Of a stretch of DNA of 64,000 bases, positions 22,901-37,648 are shown piece after piece. The translations under genes were made by a program, and so were the position numbers. Below the pieces are notes generated by a model. That model was not told the origin of the DNA, made no database searches, and saw only the letters and a list, made by a program, of their open reading frames with translations. The number at the start of each line of letters is the position of its first letter. Position 1 is the stretch's first letter. This stretch comes from Hyphochytrium catenoides. Its lineage: Eukaryota; Protista; Hyphochytriomycota. The stretch is taken from contig FLMG01000988.1 of assembly GCA_900088475.1 (NCBI GenBank), positions 186,001 to 250,000 on the forward strand, written 5' to 3'.

Positions 22901-25066
22901 TCTGTCCGTCTTGGGTACCATGCATTGTAGGTTTTCGCCACTAGGATAAGGCTCTCCGCAATATCCACATCAGAGCTAACATATCGCGTTCCTATAGGGG
23001 CAAGCCACATAAGGAGAGCAGTAGCAGACTCCAGCGCAGTTTCGCTGATATGAACAGCTACGTGGACAACCGGTAGAGCTTGCGAGCATACTGAGCCTTC
23101 GTATCTGCACATGTGGCCTCTAAATGATCAAACCTAAAATGAGACCTCTTCGTTTTAGCTTTCTGCCGGAGAGTATAATAGCTCTCTAGTTTCTCTCCTA
23201 GCTTGATAATGCCGTCACGCGTGCAGATGCTTCCTTTGAATGGTCTATTGAGATGCACTCTTCGTCCTATGGCAGTGCTGCTGAGCTCAAAGCTCGTGAG
23301 CGAAGACAGGAGGAAGAAAAAGAGCGCGAGAGAGAATGGAAGGAAGCCTACCAAAAGGAGGTAGGTAACCATGTCATACCCTCGGCCGCCTTAATTTTCA
23401 AGACCTAAATGGTGAGTTCCAGTGGGATCACCTGGCAGAGGTAGAACGGACGAGGAAGGCAAGATTGCGGCACAGGAGAGGGCAAGGAAAAGGAGCTGTC
23501 GGAGCAGGAACAGGCAGAGTTGGAAGAAGACTGCATGCAGTTCACAGGCGGAGGCACAGAGTAGAGGTGCCAAACACCCCAGCAGGTTACGTTTCACCTT
23601 TTTCTGCCGCTTTTGTGCTTTGTCTTTCCCTTTGTCCACCGAAAAAGTACGATGATAGTTAGTATCGCATGCAATCCGCCCTCTTCGTGTACCTTTCCCT
23701 TAATATAGAGGAGCGGTCCTTGCTAGCACGATCTCTGCGGAACCTGACTCCTCTTGCATTGTATTGCGTGCTGCGTGCTGTTCTTTTGGGCCGTCTCGTC
23801 TATTTGAACTCTATTACTCTCGTTTGCATGGCTGTAGCAGCTGCCACATACATTCCGACTATGGGTGGGCTGGCCCGCTCTGACGACGAGCAAGATGATT
23901 ACGGAGAAGAAAGCGATAGGGAAGAAGAGAAGTGGTCTTCTGATAGCGAGCAAAGTGAAGAAGAGGAGGTACCAGCTTTTGACGTCGGTGGACGGCCTTT
24001 GATAGCTATGACAGCCGTATTAACTCCTGGTTCCCACTGGATATTAGGCTCCTCCACTTCCTCCCGAGTTATCACACGCGGAGGCAGAGCTACAGAGACG
24101 GCAACAGGCAAGACTAGATGAGCTTCGGGCTGTAGAAAGGCAACAAAAGACCGAAGCAGTTAAGGCCGAAGAGGTAAGAACATCTAACGTCCAATGACTA
24201 GGAACGACTTCTCGTCCTGGTCTTTCAATAGCTGACTGGTTCAAGTGTACCTTTCAAGTGCGCCCAAGACTTTGTCTTTCTTGGGCTCTTGTTGCCCCTC
24301 ACTCGTCAATCTCTGCATGTTCTTGCATCGGTCCGATTTATAAGGGCACCGCCTTAGATAATGACGGCTAACACCTCCGTTCCCTCGCAGGTCTCTTCTG
24401 CAGTGAATAAGAGATTGTCAAGCTGGCGTTCGGGTAAGACGCTGGCGGAACTGTTGCTCACCGTCAAGGACGTTTGCGGCCTGCCTGGCCTTGGCCAAGG
24501 ATTGGAGGCCCTCAGTCCAGCTGAGAAGAACCCCAACGAGCTGCGGAAAGCCTACAGGTTAGAGCATATCATTTACGGCTCTTGGCATTTTCTACTGGTG
24601 CTTTATGTTGCTATATGTCACCGGGCTTCACCTTTATATCTTTTTCTGTCTATCTGGCACCTTTCAGCTAAGTCTCAAGAGTGCTTGGTAGCCGTCCGTC
24701 CTCTCTTTACTCAATTCTAGCGGTTGTGGCATCCCTTGCAGATATGACTACTTAACATTAGGGTCGTGCGTCTCTAACACAATGGATGAGATAGGCGGCT
24801 GGTGCGACTCATACACCCTGATAAGCTTAGAAACGCAACTGTAGACCAAAAGCTGGAGGCGCAGGGGATCTTCACTATCCTCACGCAGGTACTCCTCTCC
24901 ATGCATATCAGGTAGACAGAGATTTTTACGTAGAAAGCAAGGCTTGAGGGGCGACTTATTTTCTGAAGGGTCACGAGCCAACTCTACTATGATCATTATC
25001 TATTTCTCACGGCTGATTTGATGCTGTTTCCCCTAGGAGTACGAGAAGGTGATGGAGAGTGTCTGA
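19947..25066 (+). CDS. Large coiled-coil protein with C-terminal auxilin-type DnaJ domain
   Basis: Chain of GT-AG-bounded E/K/R-rich exons; final exons give RLSSWRSGKTLAELL...ELRKAYRRLVRLIHPDKLRNATVDQKLEAQGIFTILTQEYEKVMESV* (HPD motif). The span could hold two genes. Confidence 0.65.
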
Positions 25067-25263
25067 CAAGAAGGGTCACCTCATGACTGAGTTGCCATAG
25101 TTGAGAGAATATTTATTGGGGACTGTCTAGGCAACATTTCCTCGTCTTGGAGCTGGCCCTTCACCCATAAGCGGCCCTCTCCTTGGTACAAATCGACATG
25201 TAGTAAACCGAGAGAGGAGTGGATAAATATGGAAATAAATAAATCATATGCTATAGTCTATCT

Positions 25264-28200
25264 TTATGGCTCGCCATAGAGACGGGCACGGGTAGCCTTG
25301 GCGATATGCAGCAGCCGTTCTAGTTCTTTAATGATGGGATGGTCAGGTTGATAGGCCCCGCTATCCAGCAATGTTCGTCTTTCTTCTTCTAGACGGAGGA
25401 CTTCAAGGTCTGCCAGGGATAGAGGCTCTTTCTCCTCCTTTTCCTCATCCTTACCCTCGTTCGTGGCCAAAGGACTCTTCCGAGGAGGGCTAGGGAAAAT
25501 GGAAGGCAGATGCTGATGGACTGCCCAGTCTACAGCTTCTGAAGATGCACGTTGGGGCTCCTTCGGCCTTTCAAACTTGTCATAGGATTGTGGGCACTGG
25601 CCGAATTGACGAAGGTCATCGAGTTGCTTCCTGATCGACCGAAGCTCCTCACGATCTCCATCCAGAACGAACCTACGAACATACAGCCACAGTGAGCGAC
25701 ATGCTGTGAGCCGCTTTTTTACTGCCCTCACCGTTCTTCCCTAGCCAAATACTGGAGCCGCAGTTGCTCCAGCTCTTCCTGCACCTTCTGCTGGCTCTTC
25801 TGTCGCTCACGTTTCAGTGCTTTTGCCAGTCTTTCTAGCTGCGTCCTATAGGAAGACGAACATGTAACTAAAGAGCGATCCAGGAAGACGTCCCTTCACT
25901 AAAGCTCTTTCTACCTCAGTGATTTTTTGCCATCTAGCGCTGCCTGCTTCTCCTCTCTTTCTTTTTGAAGCTTCTCCTCCTGCCAGCGTAGAGCTTTAGC
26001 ATCGGACAAGTATTAGAGAAAAGCTCAAAGACGCGCTTATAGCATTTAAGAGGCAATATACCATGAAGGAAGACAAAAAGGAGTGAGCCGTAAGAATCCG
26101 TACCATATCCTGCAACTTGACAGAGAGTTTGAGGAGCTCACTCTGAAGCTCTGCCTCGGGCGTGCGTCGCTGAAGATCACGATAGCGTGCGAACTCCTCC
26201 TCCAACTGAGTTCGCGTAGTATGGACAAGACAGAATAGCGATTTGTAAGAGGATCAACGCAGAAGAGATGTGTGTGGGCAGGCGTGGGACATAGGAGATG
26301 CAGAACTGACGACAAACGACGACAAGAAGGCTTAACGCACCGCATATATTGCTACAGTAACAGAACTGCGAAGCGGCCATGCATGCAAAGAATGGTCAAG
26401 AAAAGCCTGATGTCGAAGGTTCGTAAAGAAGTGCCAAGCTATACAGAGCTTACCGTCTTGATTCTTGCATCCCTGAGCTTTATCGTCTCCTCGGCCATCT
26501 GAGCTCTCCGCTCCATCATCTACAGACCGTGCCACGTCAGGGCGAGTGGGCATCGCTATGATCAACATGAATCACCTCCCCATCTCATAAACGATTTCGT
26601 CTCCCGATCCTCAATGTTGACGGCACCCATTTATCTGGCAAAGCACGGTCATCGACCTCCTACCTCAGTGTCTTTCTTGGCTAAGGCGACGGCATGACTG
26701 CTCTCGCTTCGAAGCCTCCTTTGAAGACTCTGTAAGAGAGGGGTTAGGAGAAAGTGGAAACAGCGTCAGAAAGGCACAATATATACATCAATAGCTTAGC
26801 GTCAAGCAACGCCAAGTTCCTGTCGACGGGGGAGAAGGTGCTAACATGAGAGATGCTCTCCACGCCGCAGAAGTGAAGTAGAGTGAAGAGCTCAGAGCTG
26901 GTGAAGACCTCTAAGATGCACTAGCTACCTGTAGCTCAGCGTTTTTCTCACTGAGTTCTCTCCTGGCGTCATCCTCAGCCTCCTTGAGTTTCCTTTCCCG
27001 AGCCTAGAGGCAAGGGAGAGGGAGTGCCATCCGCAAATGATATGGACGAGCTCTAAGGGTAGGAAAAAATAATACTCAAGACGTGATTATCTGATTGCTA
27101 CGTACCTCTACGTCAGCTAGGCTTTTCCTCAGTCTGCTCTCTAATCTAGCGTACTCTGCCTGTGACGCCTCGATGATCGTCTTCCTCTCCTGTTCCCTTC
27201 TATCCCAGTCCTGTGATGGCGATGAAGTGCAAAGCCTTAGTGAACGTTCGCCCGATACGACATCTCATGGCTTCACCCCAGCCTGCAGCTTCTTGGCATC
27301 TCTACTTTGGCCCAGTTCCACAGAAACGTTGGATAGAGTCCCCAGTCTTGGGCTGTACCTCTTGAATTTCCATCAACCGTTCCGATTCTTTCTTTTTCAG
27401 CTCTGCTTCTCGCCTCGCCTCATCTTGGCGCTTCCACTCATTCCAAGCTTCTTGTTCCTAATGACGTCAATATAGAGCACAGGCAATGGCAAGTAAGGAC
27501 ATAGCAGCCACTGACGAGATAAGACGTTAATAAGTGGAAAGAAATGCACCCTAACAAGTGTTCGTACTGTCTGGGCCGCCTCCCCTTCTTCCCCGAATCG
27601 ACGGAGGACATCCAGCCCCACATCTTACTGATAATCGATGGATATTCCCCACAATCATCTCGCCACGTTGTTTTGCTCTCTCCTCTAAGTAGACCAAGCC
27701 ATCTATGGATGTTCCATAGGGCGACTCATCGCGTTCAGTCTTACCTCCAGCAGCTCCGCCCTTCTATCGTTGATAATCTCTTTGGCCCTCTCCTCTGCTC
27801 TTTTGCGTACTTCTGCCTCAAACTCCTTCTTGAGCTTGCTGACTTCTGCCTGGACTTTGGCTTGTTCTCTGAGAGCGGTGAGATGAACTTCCAGAGAGTG
27901 CTGAACCTTTAGTTCCTCGATATCTCCCTAGATGGAAGGGAGACGGAGTCTGTCACTCCCAAACTGAAGAGTTATCTTCCAGCCAGGAAAGGGCGGAAGA
28001 ACCCGAAAGTGGCGCACAAGGACCGCGGCAGCAGCCAGCCAAAAGCACTGAAGAAGTACCTTCAACTTTGACACTTCGGCTGCTTTTGCCTTTAATCTTT
28101 CTTCAAGCGCCAAGTGGTTAGATAAAGGCGGGCTCGAAGCGGGAGGAGCGCTGCTCTTTGTTTTCATGTCCTCCTGTCTTCCTACGTATTCTGCTGCTTT

Positions 28201-31200
28201 CCGTTCTTCAACCGCGTTCTCAGCTGCTGGTTCCAGCTCTCTTTGGTGAGAGGCCTCCTCGTTGCCAACGGATTGCGGTTTGCTTTGGTCCTCAGAAGAC
28301 ATCTCTGCGATTCTATCATGTCTTTGAGCTCCTCCTGGCCCTAATCCCTCTAGCACTCCGTGGCCACTCTCAGTCTCCCCAATTATCTTGGAATCCTGTT
28401 GCGTCCATTCACAATGATCTTAGGTACAAATGATGGTCTTTCGGGTGCTTTCTTGAGGTACCTTACCTCTTCCCCGAACGTGTTCGCTGTCGCAGGCTTT
28501 TTCATAGTAAGGTCAAGTCGAGGGCTACGATTTGACGGTCACCAAATAAAAGAGGGGAATGTTAGGCCCTTTGGCGTCCTCGACGTCGTTCTATGAGAAC
28601 TTCTTCTTCGGGGCGGTGTCTCTATCTGCCGCTTCCAATAAGTGCTCTTCTTACCGTAGCAAATTCGTCCCAGGTCCGATTGTGCCAAAGTCTTCTAGCA
28701 GAGCTACCACGCGTAGTTCTCCCTGGACGCATCACAGATAAAGGCATTTGTGAGTTAATAGAATAAGTAGAGAAGTCTGGGCAGGAAGAAAGCCTGGATA
28801 GCGTATGAACAGCCAAAGAACGGAAGAGATGGACGGCGAGGAAGAAGTAAGACGAACCAGAAGGCGCAATGTTGACCAATTGTGTTAGCAGTAAAGGGGC
28901 TTACCTTGGCTTTCCCCTGAGAGGATATAGTTAGGTAGCTGTCTGTAGATCGGACCTGCGTCGTCTGCGTGACAGAAGTTGCAACGTGAGCGCTAAGTGG
29001 ACACCAATACTTCTATTGAAGGGGCCACAAAGTATGCCGGATGAACGTAGCCTTATGACGTACCAAAGCCTGCGTGGAATGTGTTTGGATTTCTTTCTGG
29101 CTCGAGAGATATCGCTGAGCAGCGCGAGAGGAAGGGAAAGCCTGCAATTTGCAAGGGCGTACCAATGAGCTCTCTTACATCCATTGCCTGGGTGCCGTTC
29201 CTTGTGTGTGTAACGCTAGCCTATACCGTCAGTGCTGATTTCTTATGGCACGTAACCCCTCTTGACCTCTGTTATAGAAACACATCACCCACCTTAACGT
29301 TCTGCCCAAGCTGGATGCGGTAAAGATTTTTAGTCAGCAGCAGACGTCCTAGCTCTAACTTCACGAGTCCCAGCTCTTTGCTCACAATTCCTGTGCTCGA
29401 TCCTAGCTCTTGGGTACCTTCCTTACTCTCAAGCTCTCTTCCAACCTCTTGTGACACTTTAACGTCGATCGGCTCCTCTAAAGCTGCACGGAGGTGCAAC
29501 GGGCTGAGGGCAAAGTCAAATTCCTTAAAGGACTTGGTCAGGAGTAGCTCCAGTTTTGGAACCGTCCTGACGGCTTCGGTCCTCACTGCACAGTGAAGGT
29601 GAGAAGAAGCAGAGGGGATATGATCTTAGGGACGAGAAGCTTCAAGAAGGTAAGGACAACTAACTTAGGAACAAGAGATCAAGATATTCTGCAGGACCCC
29701 TGTGCATGGCCAATCGGGCCCATTTCCGATAACTTCTGGGACACGATGACTTACCTATACCGTCCTGGCCCAGCCATGGTACGCAATAGAGAAAGAATAC
29801 ATCGGCTTCATCTGTCAGCCCTTTAATGGCACGGATGTCTATGGATAGGCGAAAGTGGTGCAGATCCGTAGCCAAAAGGCTCTCATCGCTACTACTTTCC
29901 GTGCTGATCCCTAAACGGCGGCATGTAACATCAGTATACGTAGTGTTAAGTAAAACACTGAAAAGCTACAGGATGATTCCACAGTCTAGAGTGAAGGAAG
30001 GCGATGATGCGAGACACCTTGGTCTGCATCGGCTGCTCATGACAGGTAGGACCAGAAGACAGAGGAAGCAGGAGAGATATAGTGTATCGTGCTCTCTTAC
30101 CTGTTTGTTGCTTCTCAACGTCAAGGTCAGAGATTACAGAAGGCTGTCGCGGCGGAGAAGGAAAGAAGAGGCCCCGAACCTCGTCTTCTCCCTGCTCTAC
30201 AGTGCTCTCGGTCTGCGCAGACAAGAACTGTCGAATTGTGTCCACGGCACTAACACTAGCACTGTGCTGCTGTGAGACATCTTCTATGGCAGAGAAGTCT
30301 GTCTGCTGCAAGAGATCCATTCTCCCCTCTTCCACGACCTCTTTTCGCTCTCGGAGTACATCTGGGGCCTTGCCTTCTCTGACAAGCTGTACGGAGAGTT
30401 TCACCTTACAGTCGGAGAAGCCCTCAAACTCATACTCTCCAGCAAGCTCCTGCCCTGTGAAGTCTTCATCCACCTTACCGGCGTAGGTAGACCAGTCTAA
30501 TAGCTTAGAAAGAGGCACCTTAACCTCTCCCAGCACATTATCTATGGTACAAAGATAGATAGAGAGGCAGGGCAGCTCTGTATGGAAGAAATCCAATAGG
30601 TCAGAAAGACAAGAGCGAAGTCTAAAGCTGTCGCACAGTGGAGAGAAGCGTGGGTGCCGTGGATTGCGGAAGATGTCGGTCTGGACGACCACATCAAAGA
30701 GACTGTAGCTTAGCCAGAAACTGTGCCTACCCTGTAGCAGAGGTTCAGCAGAGGATGACTTGCGGCTCAGGGAGTGCGAGAAGAAAGATGAGACAATTTT
30801 TGACACGTCGGACAGCGACTCCAAGGTGAGAGAAAGAATGTAGATATGATTTCCTTGTCGCGAACCAAGAGGTAGAAAGCTTGGTCCAACTCCGGCCGCT
30901 GGCTCCTCCTCTCTCACTGTCTCTTTCTTCGTGTCCGGAGACTCAGTAGAACCGGGAGCCAAGGCTGTGGTCCTCTTAGCCCTGACGCTCAATAAGAGCT
31001 CGCCCCCGTAGGATGCTTGCTGAATGGGCAGCCAGGCTTCCTCCGTCTCTTCAGTGCTTCTCAAATCGCAGAGCACCCAGCCCAGAAGCAAGGAGTCAGC
31101 CGTGGAGGGACGTCGCGGTGAGTTCGCATAGACGAATAGTTTAATCTTGGGTTGAGTGGCTCGTAACGTCTTCCACTGGTCCAAAGGCAATCTCCAGAGT

Positions 31201-31391
31201 AGCTGCCCGGAACCGTCTGTGGGCCAGAAGAGCTCCTTGCTGTTTATTCCCTTGCCCCAAACCCCCGGAGACGTCTCCTTCCGCTGGCTGCCAATCACAG
31301 CTTGCACCTTGATTGTCTTGCGTTTGAAGGTCTCCAAATCCTGCAGCCACCGAAGGCGCTTAACCACCACGGTAACCTCCATCTCAGCCAT
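25264..31391 (-). CDS. CEP120: Centrosomal protein CEP120 homolog
   Basis: N-terminal C2-like domain (QPKIKLFVYA...LLGWVLCDLRS...WLPI), DUF3668-like FWLSYSLFDVVVQTDIF...FRLRS, third C2 (HHFRLSIDIRAI), coiled-coil exons, and C-terminal LEEERRTLLDSGAYQPDHPIIKELER. Confidence 0.88.
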
Positions 31392-32067
31392 TCCTGACTC
31401 GTAGAAGCAAGGCCAAAAAGGTCAGAATGGGCTTGCAAATGGCTTCGTCCAACCTAATCTCCCGCGACTTGCCTATCGTGCCATAACCCCAAGCCTACCA
31501 TCGTTGCACTTGCCAGATGTAAAGCAGTGCCACCCATCTACTGCAGCATGACTAAAGATCTGAAGGTCTCAAGCCCTGCAGGTGCCTGCCAGGAGTTGTC
31601 ACTATGATGCAGATTCACCCCGGCGCTGTGGAAGAGGCAGGGAAGTCTCTATAATGGCAGAGGATGAGAGTCCTTTCCGCGCTGTGAAGGCGGAGGCTGC
31701 TGCTTCGGCTGAAACGCCATAACTCACCATTTTCAAATCTGACACGAGTCCCCGCCAAGAATCATCCATATTCCTAATATAGTAAGTATATGATGTCCCC
31801 TTATGAGAATTCGGTACACTGGATGATTGTTATCAGGAATCCTAGAGCTCTCAATTTTGACAGCTTCTGAACCGACAAGTGGCATCGTTGATGCTCCTTC
31901 TTTCCTGCTTGATGGACGATCTGATGATCTGTGATGGAGGCAGATCGGAGCAGGAGAACTCAGCAGTAGAGTCTGCAACAGCGCCGTTCCGTATTATCCG
32001 TGAAGAGTAAGGTCTACAGGCGGCTTGCAGTGAGCCTGAGGCTTGCTTACCATCTTACTATTTAACC

Positions 32068-33384
<1,317 letters not shown>

Positions 33385-34009
33385 CTCGCGTCCCTTCTTT
33401 CCAAAAAGCACTGCTACCTATCCACTTAGATTCTTCCTCTACACTTTGATCCGTAAGACCTTTCTGCTCATCCGTTGATAGCAGAATAAATCTCACTAGT
33501 GAGGGCATAGGCGCCCAATGTTACGGTCTTCCATAGCTGCCCGCTGAGTTAGGAGCAAAATCCTGGCAGCAAGCTGAAGTGGCAGTAAGAGCCGAGGACT
33601 TGGCAACTATTAGAAGTATCTCTTTTGCCCTGCAGATCGTCCGCTATCGCCTCTACGAGACGTCAACCCTCCAGGAAGAGCTAGATCTTCGCGATCGCCT
33701 CTCCTAGATAGTGCAGCCAGCTGCACAGAATGAGCTTCATTCATCCATCAAATCATGGACCAAACCGATGACCTGAAGATTTGTTAGCCGTTAACGAGTC
33801 TTCGGATCCGGACGATGATTGGGCTGACAAGGGGGATCGGGGTGCTTGCATATGATAGGGGTAGTGGAGGCTATCCCCACGGTTAGAATACTAAAAGGAA
33901 GAGGCTTTGAGGTGAGAGTCGTCAGTATGGTGGGGGTCGTGGGCTTGTAAGTACGGAGACTAAGAATGAAGACAGAAAAGAAAAGAGCGAAAACGAGAGC
34001 ACAATAGGA

Positions 34010-34104
34010 TAGAGAGAGAAAGAGAGAGAGACAGAGAAAGACAGAGACCAAGAGAGAGCGCGAGAGAGAGAGAGACTGAGAGAGAGAGACCGAGAGAGAG
34101 AGAG

Positions 34105-34138
<34 letters not shown>
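34010..34138. repeat. (GA)n microsatellite
   Basis: Visible tract upstream of PLD. Confidence 0.9.
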
Positions 34139-34508
34139 GGGTTACAACCCATCCAACGATGGAAAGCGAGGAAACTGAAACTTTTGATACCGTCATAGTT
34201 CTCTCTCCCTTGTGGACGCAGTGCGGTGGGATCGTGGGAGCTGATCTGATTCGTTCCCCATCTACTAGCTAGCATAGAACATTGCGTCAGGGTGGACATA
34301 ACTGCTTGTGCAGTGGCACATCTACCACCTTCTCTCTCTTCCTCTCTCTTTTCGCAGTTCTATATTCCTCGTTCTCAGGTCCGCCTATTCGTCTGGCGTC
34401 TGAGCTCCTTCACTTAATAAATAGTTTCGAGCTCTGCGAGAAGGAAAGAGAATCTCTTCTCAATATCTATTGAGACAACGGCCGGAGATCTTCAACAAGC
34501 AGACAGCC

Positions 34509-37182
34509 ATGGCGCCTTTAGCAGGAAAGATCGACATTCACATCATTGAAGCGAGGAACTTGCCCAATAAAGGCTTGGTGCGCACGTCAGACCCTTACGT
34601 CGTGGTCTGGGCTGGAGATCAACGTCTTGCGTACACCGAGATTGTCTATAACAATGTCACCAACCCGCGATGGGACACGCGTTTTGATAATGTAGACATC
34701 TCTGCCGATCACATTGAGAACATCGAGGTAGAAGTTTGCGATCAAATTGTATGTATGAAGGACATGGACATGGGCAAGCTCCTTATCCCGGCTGAAGACT
34801 TAGCCCGCGGCGAGGAGATCGGCGGGTGGTTCAAAGTCAATAAGACGGGCGGAGAGATCAATCTGACAATGAAATATACACCTGTGGAGGCGCTTCCCTC
34901 AAACCAAGAGGTAAGCTTAGGCTTCTCTCAGAGCTGCGTGAGGTTTATGGAAACTCGTAGAGAGTGTCATAGTAGATAGTGCTTGAGAGGTGCATCGCGG
35001 TTGATCAGGAGTCACCTGAGCTCAGTCTTTAGGTTAACGGTAGAGAGAGAGAGGAAGTCCTAACACTAGCGGAAGAACAGCCATGTAACTCAGTTTGTAC
35101 CTCCCTAGATCTCGAATAGCTACTTCCCGGTGCACCACGGGTGTCGGGTCACCCTGTACCAAGATGCTCACCAACACGCAGACGGTCTTCCGACTATTCG
35201 CTTCAGCAGTGGTGACGTCTACCGCCAGAAGAGCTGTTGGGACGACTGTTACGCCTCATTGAAGGAAGCTACAAGGTTTATCTACATTACTGGTTGGTCC
35301 GTCTGGCCCTCTCTTACCATGGTGAGGAATGGAGAGAGTCACAGTGAGACTCTTGGAGAGCTTTTGAAGCGCAAGGCCGACCAGGGAGTGGACGTAAAGA
35401 TCATGGTCTGGGACGAGCAGACCTCCAATATGTTTAACCGTTCGGGACTGATGATGACTCATGATGAAGAGTGCGACACATACTTTGCCAACTCTAAAGT
35501 TAGCTTTGCCAAGGTTAGTAGGTCTCACGCTAATGTTACGTCTCCTCCTTCCGTCCTTCTGTCCACAGACTCCCGCTTTATCTACTAGTGTCTCTTTCTA
35601 CACCGTTGCTCTCTTGGTCAGGTTTTCACCATATTACTCCGAGATGCACGTAACACTTTGCTAATTTTAATATCTTTCTTTCTCCTCCCGCCCTCACAAG
35701 GTCGCCCGTGGACGAGACTCGACCAATGCCCTTCTCTCTGCAGTGGGCGTGCTTTTCACTCATCATCAAAAGACGGTGATCTGTGATGCGGAGAGTCGCG
35801 ACCCTTCACGGCGTCGGGTCATATCCTACGTGGGAGGCCTCGACCTTACTGACGGGCGGTATGACGACGCAAGCCACCCTCTCTTCCGCACGTTGAAGAC
35901 GGTGCACAAGGAAGACTTCCACCAGGCATGCGTGCAGGTCGTAAAGGGAGAAGAGATCACTGCACCTTTTGGTCCCCGTGAGCCTTGGCATGATATCCAC
36001 GGCAAGTTCGAGGGCAGTATTGCCCGGGATGTCTTTACCAACTTCATTGAGAGGTGGAGAAAGCAAGTCCATCGGCAGGCGAAGACACTAATCAACCTGG
36101 ACGGTGATCACAGCTTCCTTTCGGCTGAGGAAGAACGGGTTTACGAGCTGGGAAACAAAGAGACATGGAGCTGTCAGCTCTTCCGCTCTATTGATGCCAG
36201 AAGCGCAGAGTTCAGCCGCTCGACCGCCAATCTCTTCAGTAAGAAGGGCCGGTTTGTGGATGCAGGAATCCACAAGGCGTATATCCATCACATTAGAAGG
36301 GCTAAGCGGTTTATCTACATAGAGAACCAGTACTTCCTAGGCAGCTCGCACTTGTGGAACCACCCCATGAAGGGCGCTGACCATCTTATTCCAGCCACAC
36401 TGGTAAACAAGATTCTCTCCAAGATCAAGAAGAGACAGAGATTCACAGTATACATTGTGGTTCCTCTCTATCCTGAGGGTGATCCGTACAGCACTTCGGT
36501 GCAGCAAATTTTGCACTGGCAGTGGCAGACAATTGCTATGATTTACAGGAAAATTGCCGAAGGGCTGGCACAAGCTGGGCTGAATCATCACCCAACAGAG
36601 TACCTTATGGTCTTCGCTCTCGGCAACAGGGAGACAACAGAGGGCAACCAGGCCGACCCCAACCCACCACAGGGACTGCCAAGCAGGCTAGCTCAGACCC
36701 GGCGGTTTATGATCTACGTCCACTCGAAGATGATGATTGTGGACGATGACTTCATCATTTTGGGGTCTGCCAACATAAACCAGCGCTCTATGATTGCGAC
36801 GCGTGACACAGAGATTGCTGTAGGCGCCTGGCAGCCGCATTATGACGGTGAACGCGGCGAAGTGACTGACTCTCAGATCCATGGCTTCAGAATGTCCCTG
36901 TGGGCAGAACATCTTGGAAGAGTAGAAGAGGCCTTCCGCAGGCCCAACAGCCCGGAATGTGTTCAAAGTGTGCAGCAGCTGGCCCAAGAGAACTGGAATC
37001 TCTACAGATCAAACGAGGTCAGGGAGATGACAGGTCACCTTATGACCTATCCCTATGACGTCTCCCAAGCCGGCATCGTGAACTCTCTGCCAGGTTGCGT
37101 GAGCTTCCCTGACACCTCGGCTGCGATAGTACCTCCTAAGCCTGGCTCCGTGATGCGACAACTTGCACGTCTAACTATGTAG
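34509..37182 (+). CDS. Plant-type C2-domain phospholipase D, 762 aa, 3 exons
   Basis: Exons 34509-34910, 35109-35513, 35701-37182. C2 domain (SDPYV), VTLYQDAH, FIYITGWSV, HKD1 FTHHQKTVICD, GPREPWHDIH, IYIENQYFLGS, HKD2 YVHSKMMIVDD, GSANINQRS, FRMSLWAEHLG. Confidence 0.94.
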
Positions 37183-37237
37183 AGCGGTTTGGAGTCACGA
37201 TGGAGACAGAAACGGATGCTTTAAAACTCAAAAGACG

Positions 37238-37265
37238 GAGAGGGACGGAGAGAGGGAGAGGGAGA

Positions 37266-37296
<31 letters not shown>

Positions 37297-37308
37297 CTGG
37301 AGAGAGAG
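37238..37308. repeat. (GA)n microsatellite
   Basis: Visible tract between PLD and MRT4. Confidence 0.85.
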
Positions 37309-37648
37309 TGTCTCCGAAGGACTTTCAAAATATTGAAAAGGTTCTGATGTTCTCATTGCATATTCCTGATATAAGCGCAAATGGCGCCTTTATCTATAAT
37401 AAAAGATATTGTAATCTGGATCCGCTCCACGAACACAGAACCAGTCAAACATGGAAGGTAACGAACGAGTAGCAACCTCGAGCCAGGGAAGAGCCACGAC
37501 CCAAGCTTCAGAAAGACTTCGTCTGCTGATCTAGTCTGAAGCTGCGTTTGCGAGCTCTGGACGCCAAGAACATACAGAGATCGCCATTGAGCCAGTGCTT
37601 TGGGAGCTGCCGGTTCAAGAGTAGCTCTTAGCTGCACAGTTAGAGATC

